This document shows positions 9,274 through 19,900 of a DNA stretch of 64,000 nt, piece by piece. The notes beneath the pieces are model-generated. The model saw nothing but the letters and a program-made list of their open reading frames with translations, was not told the origin of the DNA and made no database searches. The stretch covers positions 96,001-160,000 of the forward strand of contig CAWBWI010000003.1 of NCBI GenBank assembly GCA_963792585.1. The letters run 5' to 3'. Every line of letters begins with the position of its first letter. The first letter of the stretch is position 1. Source of the stretch: Candidatus Eiseniibacteriota bacterium. Lineage in GTDB: Bacteria; Eisenbacteria; RBG-16-71-46; CAIMUX01; VGJL01. A program made the position numbers and the translations under genes.

Positions 9274-12200
9274 GCCGGGCCCTCCCCGGATCCGTCGCCG
9301 CCCTCGTCCTCGACCTCCGCACCCGCCAGGCTGCGCAGCCATAGGTTCACGTTCGGCTCGACGTCGCGCATCGACCGGTTCGCGCGGAACCGACGCTCAA
9401 GCGGACCCAGACCTTCCTGCTCGGCGGCGAGGAAGTCGTGCAGGAGCGCCTTGGCTCCACCGCCCTCCCCTTCGTTGTACTGGAGATGGACCCCTCTCTC
9501 CCGGTACCCCTGCGCCATCCGCACCCACGCATCGAGCAGATCCGACGCCCGCTCATGCACGCGCTGGCGCAGGCGCTCCGCGCGGGCCGGATCGCCCGCC
9601 CCCTGGTCCGCGGCGCGACGCTCCAGCGCTTCGACCACGAACGCGAGCGCCGAGCGCTCCTCGACCACCCGCTCCGCGCCCCGCGGGGCGCACATCGGCG
9701 CATGCCCCAGCCGCGCCAGCGCGACCAGCGTCCCCGCGAGCCCGCGATCGAGCGCGCGCGGCGAGAACGGGGTCACGCTGGTGGCCTCCACGCTTCGATA
9801 GAAAGACTGATGGTAGGCGCCGAAGAGCTCGTAGTGCGACCGGTCGCGCGGCCGGTGGATATTGAACAGGGTGACGATCAGGCCGGGCCGCGCGGGGTCG
9901 CGCCCCACGCGGCTCGTCGCCTGGATGTACTCCGCACTCGTCTTCGGCTGCCCCAGGACGACCATCAGACCCAGGCGCGCGATGTCGAGACCCACCGAGA
10001 TCATGTTCGTGGCGATCGCAACGTCGACCCGGTCCTTCTCGCTGAAGGTGAGCCCCAATCGCCGGCGCGCCTCCGCGACCTGATCGGTCCCCACGCGCGA
10101 GGTCAGCTCCACCACGTCGTAGGCGATCTTGCGGCCGGCGAAGAGGCCCGCCTCCTCCCCCACCCGCCGGCGCTCGGCATAACGCATGAGCCGCGAGGTG
10201 ACCTCGTCCTCGACGATGCGACGGCTGCCGCCGAGCTCGCGCAGGCTGTTGAAGTAGCCGACCAGGGTCATGTAGGGGTCGGCGGGATTGAGACCGCCGG
10301 GATGTGTCGAGACGGGGACACCTTCCCCACCCCCCTCCACCCACGCCCTCTGCGCCGCCCCGAGCAGCGCCAGATAGGTCCGCAGGAGGATCACCTTGGG
10401 CGTACGTCCCTGCGCGGCGATGCCGAGGTAGAGACGCGCGGGACTCTCCTCGGGCGCCAGGGTGCGCGCGAAGAACGAATCGCGCCGGTCGGGACCCGGC
10501 GGCGGGAAGACCTCGACCGAGTGACGGTCGAAGAGGGCACGGATTTGCCGGTCCGCGCGCCGGACCGTCGCCGTCGAGGCGACGATCTTCGGCCGGATCG
10601 TTCCCCCGTCCCCCACGCGCGAGCAGAGCGCATCGAGCGCGGTCTCGTAAAGGCCGACCATCGTGCCCATCGGACCCGAGATCAGGTGCAGCTCGTCCTG
10701 GATGATCAGATCGGGCGGCGCAAGGGGCGCGGGCAGACGTTCGCCGCTCCCGGCCGGATCGCACGGACCGTAGAAGCCGTGCGAGTCGCCTCGGTCCGCG
10801 CCCCCGAAGAAGCCCCCCACCGGCCCCGTCCACGGCATCGCCGCGAACTTGTCCACCGTTGCGATCATGAAGCAGGGCAGGCGCCGGTAGATCGGCTCGT
10901 CGACCCCCAGGATCGGCAGCGAGCGCCCGCGCGTGAAGTCGCAGTCGCGGTTGAGGCAGTTCACCCGTAGCTCGGTCGGCTGATCCGTGTTCGGCCAGAG
11001 CTGGAACGAATTGCGGCCAAACCGTTCGCCGCACCACGGGCACTCCTCGAGCGGGATCGGCGAGGGATTGCGGTCGTCGTTCTGGAAGCGGATCGTCTTC
11101 GCGCGCGCCGTGTTCGGGTCGTTGTCGCCCTTGCGACCCATCCGGTTCGGCGTGGCCGCTCGCCCCACCCAGAGACCGATCTCGAACGGCCATGGACCCA
11201 GCCTGTCGGGCGCGCGCTCGCGCTCGCGCTCGAGGGCGCAGATCAGGGTCGCCGCGCGGCCGAGCTGATCGAGGGTGAGCAGGCGCAACGTGTAGCGCAT
11301 CAATACGCACACGCCCGCCGAGGACGCGTCCGGCCTGCGCAGGCGCCGAAGGATCAATGTGAAAGCCGCGAGGCCGAGGTAGGCCTCCGTCTTGCCGCCT
11401 CCCGTCGGGAAGAAGAGGAGGTCGACGATCTCGCGCTCCGGGTGCACGGACTCGACGATCCCGCGGAGGTTCATGAGGATGAACGCGAGCTGGAAGGACC
11501 GCCACTCAGGCGGATCGACGTCGCCTGGGCGGCATTTGCGCTCCATCGCGCGGCGGCGGCGGGCAGCCTCGCCCATCGCCCGGTTGGCGATGCGGAAGGC
11601 GTCGAGAGCGAGCGGATCGGTCGCGAGGAGCTCGATCCCCCGCTCGATGCGCCCGGCGACGATGGAGGCGTTCTTCATGAGGTGGAGGGCGATCTCGCGG
11701 CGGGATGTCGGGAGGCCATCGATCGATTTGCGTTGCGCCTCAATCCAATCACGGTAGGCGGAAACGAGGTTGGTCAAGATCCTGCGCGCCTGCTCGCCAT
11801 CGGCGATGCCCGCAAGCGTCTCCATGCCCGCTTCCACCCCGGGGATCGTCTGCGGGGCGACGCGCTCGACCTCGGCCGCGGGGATCCACCGGGTGCGCAG
11901 GGAGAGGCATGTACCATTCGCGTCGCAGCAAGACTCGGTCGCGATCCCGTGGCCGACCGCGACCTCCCGCGCATCGCGGTACTGGAGGTCAGCGACCCGG
12001 TCGTCCCAGTCGCTCGAGTTGGCGCCCGCGCCGGATTCCCTCGGAATGAACGGGACCGGGGAATCGACCACCAGTTCCGCCTGGAACGCGTACGCCTCGT
12101 CCTTCACTTCGTCGTCCGCGGGCGTGCGGCGGTTGACGAGAAAGATGGAGACCGAGCGGGCGCCGGCGGGGAAGGAGTCAGAGAGAGCGCTATCGGGAAT

Positions 12201-12755
12201 GGAGCCCGTGGCGACGGAGCCTGGGACCTTCGCTCCCTCTCCATGAACCGGCCGTACGGTCAGTGCGACGACGAGACCCCGGCTGCCGGGGATCGGCGTT
12301 TCGATCGTACGGGTCGTCGCGGCGGGGAGCGCGAGGTGCAGGCTCTCGACGCACTGCGTGCGGGTCCAGTCTTGCGGGGCCTTGTCCTCGGGGCCCGTGC
12401 GCTGCGCGCGATAGTCTCCCCAGCGGGCGGTCACCTGCAGCGTCTTCGCCTCGTGCGGGAGCAGGACGCTCAGGCCGATGGAAGATGGCAGATTCGCCCG
12501 GCGGGCCGAAGGTGGCTCCGGCGGGACCGCGTCGTCGGCCGCGCCGGCTTCGGCTTGCAGGTCGAGCTGCTCATCATCGCTCTCGTCCCCGGCGTGCTTC
12601 TCGGGCGCGCCCGCTGGGATCAGGAAGCCGGTCAGGTACCAGCGCGAGGGGGGCTGCGGGAGCGTTTCGGACTCGAGGGGCGATCCGGGGAAAGGGCCGA
12701 CCAGATCGAGGAGGAGCGCCTCGACTAGCCTTTGACGGACTTCGATGGACTTCAT
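9270..12755 (-). CDS. drmA: DISARM SF2 helicase DrmA
   Basis: PSRWYLTGFL N-terminus, Walker A FPTGGGKT, QDELH, ATNMISVGLD and YIQATSRVGR. Start re-called at ATG 12755 with a GGAGG RBS. Confidence 0.93.
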   Translation of the reverse strand: MKSIEVRQRLVEALLLDLVGPFPGSPLESETLPQPPSRWYLTGFLIPAGAPEKHAGDESDDEQLDLQAEAGAADDAVPPEPPSARRANLPSSIGLSVLLPHEAKTLQVTARWGDYRAQRTGPEDKAPQDWTRTQCVESLHLALPAATTRTIETPIPGSRGLVVALTVRPVHGEGAKVPGSVATGSIPDSALSDSFPAGARSVSIFLVNRRTPADDEVKDEAYAFQAELVVDSPVPFIPRESGAGANSSDWDDRVADLQYRDAREVAVGHGIATESCCDANGTCLSLRTRWIPAAEVERVAPQTIPGVEAGMETLAGIADGEQARRILTNLVSAYRDWIEAQRKSIDGLPTSRREIALHLMKNASIVAGRIERGIELLATDPLALDAFRIANRAMGEAARRRRAMERKCRPGDVDPPEWRSFQLAFILMNLRGIVESVHPEREIVDLLFFPTGGGKTEAYLGLAAFTLILRRLRRPDASSAGVCVLMRYTLRLLTLDQLGRAATLICALERERERAPDRLGPWPFEIGLWVGRAATPNRMGRKGDNDPNTARAKTIRFQNDDRNPSPIPLEECPWCGERFGRNSFQLWPNTDQPTELRVNCLNRDCDFTRGRSLPILGVDEPIYRRLPCFMIATVDKFAAMPWTGPVGGFFGGADRGDSHGFYGPCDPAGSGERLPAPLAPPDLIIQDELHLISGPMGTMVGLYETALDALCSRVGDGGTIRPKIVASTATVRRADRQIRALFDRHSVEVFPPPGPDRRDSFFARTLAPEESPARLYLGIAAQGRTPKVILLRTYLALLGAAQRAWVEGGGEGVPVSTHPGGLNPADPYMTLVGYFNSLRELGGSRRIVEDEVTSRLMRYAERRRVGEEAGLFAGRKIAYDVVELTSRVGTDQVAEARRRLGLTFSEKDRVDVAIATNMISVGLDIARLGLMVVLGQPKTSAEYIQATSRVGRDPARPGLIVTLFNIHRPRDRSHYELFGAYHQSFYRSVEATSVTPFSPRALDRGLAGTLVALARLGHAPMCAPRGAERVVEERSALAFVVEALERRAADQGAGDPARAERLRQRVHERASDLLDAWVRMAQGYRERGVHLQYNEGEGGGAKALLHDFLAAEQEGLGPLERRFRANRSMRDVEPNVNLWLRSLAGAEVEDEGGDGSGEGPA

Positions 12756-12761
12756 GGCGTC

Positions 12762-12774
12762 GGGCCTCCGGGTC
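12762..12774 (+). repeat. 13-bp direct repeat GGGCCTCCGGGTC, left copy
   Basis: Exact match to 38943-38955; on the minus strand it contains the drmA GGAGG RBS. Confidence 0.6.
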
Positions 12775-13085
12775 GCGGGATGAGTCGGTTTCCCCGTCGC
12801 TTGCGTGCCGCGTCGCTCGCTCAACCGGATGAGACTGTGGGGTATTTCGGCTTCGCGATCAAGGGGCGGGTGTGGGCGCCGGTAGGAACGTGGAGCACGG
12901 AGTGAGCCGTGGCGCCGCGACCCGGGAAATCATCTGCACCAAGGCGAAGCCACTTTCTGGGCATGCTTCACGGGGTCGGACCAAGGCTGGCCCGAATGGC
13001 GACGCCGTTCAGTCCAGCTGGTTCCAGGAATCCCGCCCGGGATAGATCGAGTGTGGGAAAAGCCGGCTTTGCGAAAGGCGGTGCG

Positions 13086-13679
13086 CTAGAAAGTGACGCC
13101 GAGGCCGACCACTCCGCTGCAACAGTCCCGTGGAGGAACGACTGCCAACCACAGCCGCCGACGCTCCGGCCGCGAGGTTTCCGAACTCCTCACGACACCC
13201 TCCCCTTCGAGGTCTGCGGATGACCGGTAGTACACCGTTTCCCAGTCACTCGACGCGTTGCCGACCAAGGCGCCCAACCCCGCGAATAGGGCCGACCAGA
13301 CCATGGTCCCCGCGTAACACTGGCCGCGGCTTCCACCCGCCGAAGACAAGTCTTCCTCGCTCGATGCGGTGCATGCCAGCATTCCGATCGCCATGCAGCC
13401 CCCGCCTCCGATGCAGGCGCCCTTGGCGGCATTCCCTTCACGGACGTCCACCCGGTCGATATCTCGAAGGTCGAGAAACGTCGTCTGTCCACCGACCGAG
13501 AGGGACACCGATTCGCCGTTCACCTCCAGATTCCTGCCCTCGACGGTAAGGGTCCCCTTGAAGACGCGGACCTTGCCTTTCTTGGACACCAGCGTTTGTG
13601 CGGACGCAGACGTGCACAGACTCGGGCCGACGATCGCCGCCATTGCGATCGCCACGAACAGACATCGCGTTCGAGTCAT
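13086..13679 (-). CDS. Hypothetical exported/membrane protein
   Basis: Signal peptide (AIAMAAIVG...ASAQ), two Gly-rich hydrophobic segments, C-terminal GLGVTF; GGAGG RBS. Confidence 0.65.
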   Translation of the reverse strand: MTRTRCLFVAIAMAAIVGPSLCTSASAQTLVSKKGKVRVFKGTLTVEGRNLEVNGESVSLSVGGQTTFLDLRDIDRVDVREGNAAKGACIGGGGCMAIGMLACTASSEEDLSSAGGSRGQCYAGTMVWSALFAGLGALVGNASSDWETVYYRSSADLEGEGVVRSSETSRPERRRLWLAVVPPRDCCSGVVGLGVTF

Positions 13680-13785
13680 CCAACCTCCCCCAGCAACGAG
13701 TCGTTGTTCGACTCGTGCATTTCGAAACCCCCGAACCCATCCAAGACAATCCCCTCACAGACAAACAGCTGAGGGGCGACCATAC

Positions 13786-14790
13786 TCACGGCAAGATGTA
13801 ATCATTGAATGAAGATGACTCGAGTTCTCTCCGGAACGACTGCATCGCCGTCTCCAGCTTACGTGCGTTGTAGGAGGCTACAGAATTGGCCCCTCCGTAT
13901 ATGTTCGCTATGTATAAAGTCCCGGCGAGTATAACACCCAGCGTGAACGTCGTCGATGATTCCTCCCTCTCCCCGTGGATCGCCAGGGCGGTGGAGGCGC
14001 CGACCATCAGCCAGGTGTTGATCGCATCGAATGCACGGCCCGCATAGAGCTGCCCCCCCCCGGGGACGATGGAAAGGAGCGCGCCCAACGCCACACGCTT
14101 CTGCCCAAATGGAGGCGTCACCGAAAGCTCGCGGTCGATCCGGTCCGCCAGTTGAAAATTTCCGCCACCGGGAAACAGCTCCTTGTAACGGCGCATCGAT
14201 GTGCGGGCGTCGCTCCACTCCGCGGCGTTCAGTTGCGACCAGGCGAGTGCGAATGCCCCCCGTTCGGAGAGATCGGGGTCGACGGAACTCATTTGGCGGA
14301 AGACGGCCTGCGCCGCATCATGTTCGCCCAGCATGTCCCAGCACCTGCCTGTGTAGAATTCGCTCGCTTCCCGGAGTCGGCCCGAGGTCGTGACATCCGC
14401 ATACGCTTCGAATTCCGCCACCGCATCCCCGAAACGTCCCGCTGCGTACTCGCTGAGCGGGATCATGTAGCCTGCCAGGCTGACGGCGCTCGAATCGGCC
14501 CGGAAGAACGCGTGACGTTTGAAAGAGGTGATGGCCCTGTAGTAGTCCTTCGAGTGAAACAGATGCATCCCAAAGTCGAACTCGGACGGATGGGCGCCGT
14601 CGACCGGAGCGGTGGGGGCCGTGGCGATCTCGGACCGACCGTCGCCCCCGCGCTGCCCCTCGGGTGGGGAGGTCGACGCGATCTCGGCCTGAATGTCCCC
14701 CCCGCGTTGCCCCGCAGGTCGGGGAGTTTGGGCAGGACCGGCGGTAGCCGTGCAGAAGAGCAAGAGGACGAGTTCGAGAACCTTTCTCAC
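13786..14790 (-). CDS. Exported tetratricopeptide-repeat protein with C-terminal membrane segments
   Basis: GTG start at 14790 overlaps the yidD-like stop (GTGA). Signal peptide, TPR helices (DYYRAITSFKR), then LSIVPGGGQLYAG and TM segments. Confidence 0.75.
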   Translation of the reverse strand: MRKVLELVLLLFCTATAGPAQTPRPAGQRGGDIQAEIASTSPPEGQRGGDGRSEIATAPTAPVDGAHPSEFDFGMHLFHSKDYYRAITSFKRHAFFRADSSAVSLAGYMIPLSEYAAGRFGDAVAEFEAYADVTTSGRLREASEFYTGRCWDMLGEHDAAQAVFRQMSSVDPDLSERGAFALAWSQLNAAEWSDARTSMRRYKELFPGGGNFQLADRIDRELSVTPPFGQKRVALGALLSIVPGGGQLYAGRAFDAINTWLMVGASTALAIHGEREESSTTFTLGVILAGTLYIANIYGGANSVASYNARKLETAMQSFRRELESSSFNDYILP

Positions 14791-15326
14791 GGCGCGAGCG
14801 CTCCGCTCGGCCCGGCGCACCCGAGCCAGCAGGGAGGATCTTGCAGATGAACTCGTTTCCCCGAGTCGTCCAGTTCATAGCCGTTGAGGATTGCCGCGGG
14901 ATGACATCGCATCAACCGATCTCCCGTCATGAGTACGGCCCGAGGAATCCCGTATCCCCGGAAAGCCCCAAGCCCGTATTCGGAGCATGTGGGTGTGAAC
15001 GGGCAACCACCCGGATTGAATGCCGTGTTGTAGGGCTTGGACAGGATGACCTGGTAGAAGCGGATCGCTGCGACCGCGGCGATCGAAGCAGTGCCCGGCG
15101 TGGATTCGACACAGGCTGCGCCGGTGCCTCCGGCCGATTCCCACTGATGTAGTCCAGCCTGTGCCGTCAACCTCGCCGGCGGGATGGAGTAATCCCACGG
15201 GGGCCACTCCGGTTGAGAAGCACCGGCCCCCATGCTCGCGAAACTCACGCCGAGCGATGACAGAACCACCGCTCCCCAAATCCTCGCCCAGCGGACACGG
15301 TCCGGGATTCTCAAGCCGCTAGCCAC
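14787..15326 (-). CDS. yidD: YidD-like membrane protein insertion efficiency factor with N-terminal extension
   Basis: IRFYQVILS...CPFTPTCSEYG...DRLMRCHP, the YidD three-Cys signature. Start is uncertain; GTG 15326 chosen. Confidence 0.75.
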   Translation of the reverse strand: MASGLRIPDRVRWARIWGAVVLSSLGVSFASMGAGASQPEWPPWDYSIPPARLTAQAGLHQWESAGGTGAACVESTPGTASIAAVAAIRFYQVILSKPYNTAFNPGGCPFTPTCSEYGLGAFRGYGIPRAVLMTGDRLMRCHPAAILNGYELDDSGKRVHLQDPPCWLGCAGPSGALAP

Positions 15327-16869
15327 CGGTGCTGGCCTCGAATTGGTAGCCGTCGACCGCTTCCTTTCGAAGCAGATAGCGTGTGCCCTCCACATGCCGT
15401 ACCGCGTCCTCCGGGTTCAGAGCGCTGATCTCGACACGACGATTGGCCTTGCGCGCGTCGTCTGTCTGGCCAACTGCCGCAGGACGCTCTTCCCCGTAGC
15501 CGTGAGTCGCGAACTGCTCCCGCCTCAATCCGGAGAACTTGCCCAGTAGGTACTGCACAACGGATTCGGCGCGCTGTTCACTAAGGATCCGATTCGCTTC
15601 GGGAGTGCCCCGGTCGTCACAGTGCCCATCAATCCTGAAGTTGATTTCCGGAAGTCTGCTCAACGCCTCTCCCAGCGAGTCGAGGCGTGCAGCCGAATCT
15701 GGCAATAGTCTAGCCTCTCCCGTTTCGAACAGGATTCGCCGTTCCTGGAGCACCCGGCGCTCCAGGAGCCATTTGATAATATCGGGGTCCTCCACCGGAC
15801 AGCCGTGCCCGTCCACGACGTAGCGGACATTCGTCGTGTCACAATCGTCCTCGGCATCAGGAACGCCATCATAGTCCGCGTCGCCAGGGACGATGGGAAT
15901 GCCGTCCGGCCCGACCATCAGGCGATACAGAGAGATCGTGAACGGTTGCGCGTCAATGGAGTTCGGCTTTCCATCCCCATCGGAATCGAGGGTCCTTCCG
16001 TAGTAGTCAACCTCGTATCCAAGTGGAGTGTGCGGCTCCAGATCTCTGCTGTCCGGCACCCCGTCACCGTCAGAGTCCACATAGTGGCTGGGAAGGCGGC
16101 TGAAGACCGCGGTCAGCGCGTTGCGCGTCGTCTGCTGGTCCGATCCAAGGTAGTCGAACGGTCGCCCACGCGGGACCTTCAGGGTGTGAGCGAACTCCGA
16201 ATGAACGGCGCCAGTTTGCGGCCGCGTCGCGCGCCAGGCGAAGGAGATTCGGTCATGTGAGGTGCTGTCCGGGACCCGGGATATCCGGACCATCAGCGAT
16301 AGCAGCGGAATCGAGTCCGCTCTACCGTTGAGTTCCTCTGGCGACCGGAGCAAGTAATACCCATTCCTGGCCAGCTTCAGGCGGGAGGTCGCGAAGGCTC
16401 TCTCTTCCAGCTCCTCCATCAGTGCGCTATCCGTGATCCCCGCCCCGGCGGCGTCGAATTGCCAGCTTACCAGGCAATTCTCGCAGACTCGAAGCGAGTC
16501 GCGCGCCGCAGGCGAATCGGATAAGCGCGCAGCTAGGCCGAGAACCCACATCGTATAACCCTCGTGAAGTGGGTCGTCATGGCCCATGATCGCGTTAACA
16601 ATGATGTTTCCGCCGCAGACCCGCGCCTCGAGCGCCGTCTGTTCATAGATGGAGTGCGCGAGCTGGTTCTGGCGGCGAAAGGCGTGGACAACCCCGAGGA
16701 TGACATAGGGCGGAGCTTGGCCCGGCTCGAAATATCGAATGCGGCCGGCCGAGATCGGGATGGACTCTCCGTCCGATGCAGCGACCCAGTTGAAGAGGAC
16801 GATCAGAAGGAGCGGAGCGAGCCCAATCGTCCCTCGGAACGCTCGCGATTCGTGCGATCTCGCCATCAT
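15319..16869 (-). CDS. OmpA-family protein with thrombospondin type 3-like Asp-rich repeats
   Basis: Signal peptide; DSDGDGVPDSRD-type repeats; OmpA_C motifs ILFETGEARL, IDGHCDDRG, NRILSEQRA, GYGE and NRRVEI. Confidence 0.85.
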   Translation of the reverse strand: MMARSHESRAFRGTIGLAPLLLIVLFNWVAASDGESIPISAGRIRYFEPGQAPPYVILGVVHAFRRQNQLAHSIYEQTALEARVCGGNIIVNAIMGHDDPLHEGYTMWVLGLAARLSDSPAARDSLRVCENCLVSWQFDAAGAGITDSALMEELEERAFATSRLKLARNGYYLLRSPEELNGRADSIPLLSLMVRISRVPDSTSHDRISFAWRATRPQTGAVHSEFAHTLKVPRGRPFDYLGSDQQTTRNALTAVFSRLPSHYVDSDGDGVPDSRDLEPHTPLGYEVDYYGRTLDSDGDGKPNSIDAQPFTISLYRLMVGPDGIPIVPGDADYDGVPDAEDDCDTTNVRYVVDGHGCPVEDPDIIKWLLERRVLQERRILFETGEARLLPDSAARLDSLGEALSRLPEINFRIDGHCDDRGTPEANRILSEQRAESVVQYLLGKFSGLRREQFATHGYGEERPAAVGQTDDARKANRRVEISALNPEDAVRHVEGTRYLLRKEAVDGYQFEASTGG

Positions 16870-16903
16870 CCTCTATCCCCCGGCCGCGGGCGAGAGACCG
16901 GTA

Positions 16904-19900
16904 TCATTCCACCGTCGCGACGAACGCCCCCCAGAAGTACGGGTGATGCGTCATACCTTGCGACCGCCGGTCGCGCAGCGTTCGCAATGACACCTCCCGC
17001 ACGGCTTCCGCAGCGTCGAGGTTCGCCTCGAGCCTTCTGGAGAACAGGTCCTGCATCCACCGTGCGGTCGCGTCGTCCGCAACAGACCACAGGGTCATGA
17101 TGAGATTGCGGACTCCGGCCACCTGAAACGCGCGCCGGAGGCCGATCACTCCCTCACCGGCTTGTACCTGGCCCAAGCCCGTTCCGCAGGCGGATAATAC
17201 TGCCAGGTCCACGCTGCGCAAGTCGAGTCCGGCGACTTCCTCTGCTGTCAAGACGCCGTCGTCCGCGGAGCTGGCAGCGCTCGCTCGAAGATTCGCGCCC
17301 GCGAAGGCCAGCCCGGACAGGAGGAGAGGGCTCTCGGCAACCAGGCTTCCGACCGTGAGTTCGTCGCGTTCGGCCCATCCACGGCGCGCGGGCTGCACGG
17401 AGCACTCGGAGCCGAGAAAGAAGCCGTGGGTGGCAACATGCAGGACGGCGCGACCGGCGGCCTCGGCCCGAAAGCGCCGTTCGCTGGCTTCGGCGCCCGA
17501 GAGCTGAAGGACCGGTCCCTGTCCTTGGGCCCGCCACAGCCGGACGATCGCCTCCTCTTCGAGTGCGGTTCCCTCGAGTGGTTCGAACTTCAGCGCTCTG
17601 AACTGCCCGCATGGAATCCCACGGTGCGCGGACGGCGCCGGCATCTCAGGGGACTTCGCAGGCGCAGTCGAGTACGCAGGAGCTCCGACGGTCAAGAGCC
17701 CATCGCCTTGGCTCTTCGCCCCTGCAAGCTGGGTCACGTTGCGCTCCGCTGCGAGCGTGAGCAGGAGCGGAGTGTCCTCGATCAAGAAACCACCGCCGTC
17801 GTTCGGCAGCGCGTCGAAGTTCACCAGGCACAGCGCTCCGTCGGGGACGAGGAAGACACGATCAGCGACATCCGACGCCGGAAAGACGCGATCCCAGACG
17901 ATCCGGCGCAAGGCCAGTCCAGCCCCAGCGCACTCCCGCTCCGCTGTCTCGCGGGATCCATTCTCCGGGTTCCTGCCCGCCTGGTCCCGCCACTTCGACA
18001 CGAGCGCGTCGATCTCTGCGGCACTGCCCAAGGGCACCAGACGAAGATCTCGCGTGTCTGAAATTGACGACAAAGGCGGCATAGTACGGCTTGCCGTCCT
18101 CCGGGTGATCTCCCCCGGATTGCGTTCGCTCCAGACGATTGTACTGAACCCACGCAATGAGGACCGATCGTCCCGGAAGCGCTTTCAGGACCTCCGATAG
18201 ACCGACTCTTGCTCGCTCCGTCGCTTCGTTGAATTCAGAGCTTCGGGCGGCGAGCGCTCGCTCCGCGGCCTCTTTCTCGAGACGTGCCGCCTGGAGACGC
18301 CGCTTGAAGTCGGGGAGCGGCTCCCCTTCGCTCCGACCTCGAACCGCAAGGTAGGCCAGATGATCACTGGCGCCCGCCAAGCGGTCTGCAAGGGCGAGCA
18401 CCTCGGGTTCGTGGGTGGTCACGGTGAAGCGGCGCCGGAATGCCATCTCTTCCAGAACAGCGGCCCGTGAGCGAATGACCAGATCCCACGCTCGTTCCCA
18501 GTCTCCCCGGGCTTCGCTCCGCCCTGCCGCGGTCAAGACAATGTCTGTCCCGTGGATACGATCCGCCGCGAAGTGCAACGCCTCCCGCTCGGACACTCCG
18601 CAGACGATCAGCTCGAAGTGCTGCCGGCCGAGGCGCTCGGCTTCCTCCGCCTCCTCGATCGCTGCCGGAAGGTTCCGTTCCTCGAGAGACAGCGTGGCGA
18701 GATTGTGATAATCGAGGGCCAGAGCCGGCGCCTCCGCCCCCAGCGCGTTGCGATGGATGTCGATCGCGACCTCGTACTGGGCACGCGCCCCGGCACGATC
18801 GCCCATCGCCTTCAGCGCGTTGCCCAGACCCAGCCGAGTGGCCGCAACATCGGGGTGATCCGGCCCCAGCGATCTTTCGAGGATCGCGAGCGCCTGCTCG
18901 TAGAGACTTCTGGCTTCGGGGTAGCGTCCCCTGGCGTTTGCCAGGCTGGCGAGATTCCTCTGGATGAAGGCGGTGCGAGGATGATCGGCCCCGCAGACCC
19001 GGCCGGTGATCGCCAGCGCCTCCTGCAACCTGTTGAACGCCGCCTCTTCGTTTCCCAGAGACCACTCGAGCAGGCCCAGGCTGCTCACGATCGCCGCCTG
19101 GGATTCACTTTCGCGTCCGCTCTTCGAGACCAGCTCCAGCGCGTGCTCCAGATCGGAGCGCGCGCCTCCGGGGTCGCCCAGCCGCCGCTTCACGATGCCG
19201 AGCTCATGGAATGCGTCGCAGAGTCGCGGGTCTTTGTCTCCATCCACGCTCTCGAGGATTTCCATTGCGCGCTCTGCCCCTGCGCGCGCCTGCGCGAGAT
19301 CCCCCCGCTCCCGGGCCAGCGTGGCGAGGCGGAGGATCGGCTCCGCCACAAGGGGGTTGGCGTCGCCCAGGTTCGCGATGAGGTCGTCGCGAGCCCTCTC
19401 GTACTGAAGCTTCGCTGAGTCGGACTGTTGCGCCCCTTGTAGGGTCGCCGCGAATTCCAATCGAGTGATCGCGGTCTCGCTGGAGCGCGCCCCCCAGACT
19501 CCTGGGCTCGCCGCCAACGCCCGCCGGGCATAGCCCAGGGCCTCGGCGTACCGCGCAAGGTCCAGTGCGATGGACGCGAGCCTCCGAAGGCAGTTGGTCT
19601 GCGCGGCAGCGTCCGGGCGCGCCGGCGATCCGTGGACGCGTAGGGCTTCCAGGAACGTCGAGAGCGCTTCCGCGTTGCGGAAGGCGGATCGTTGGGCATC
19701 TCCGATTGCCATGATGCAGTTAGCGACGCGGGGATCCGACGGACCGGCGGACTCGATGAAGAGATCCCTCGCCTCGGCGGCCCGCGCGACCGCGGAACCG
19801 CTCTCGCCGGCGGCCAGGTGTACCCGAGCCCGCTCGTATATGCCCTCCGCGAGCGGGATCCCCCGTCGCCCTGGCTTCTCGAGGATTGTGATCGCGCGGT

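Noticed and set aside
7291..12728. Long plus-strand ORFs (7291-9801, 9438-10970, 11442-12728)
   Set aside because: Antisense shadows of drmB/drmA, expected in high-GC DNA; Arg/Pro-rich with no motifs.
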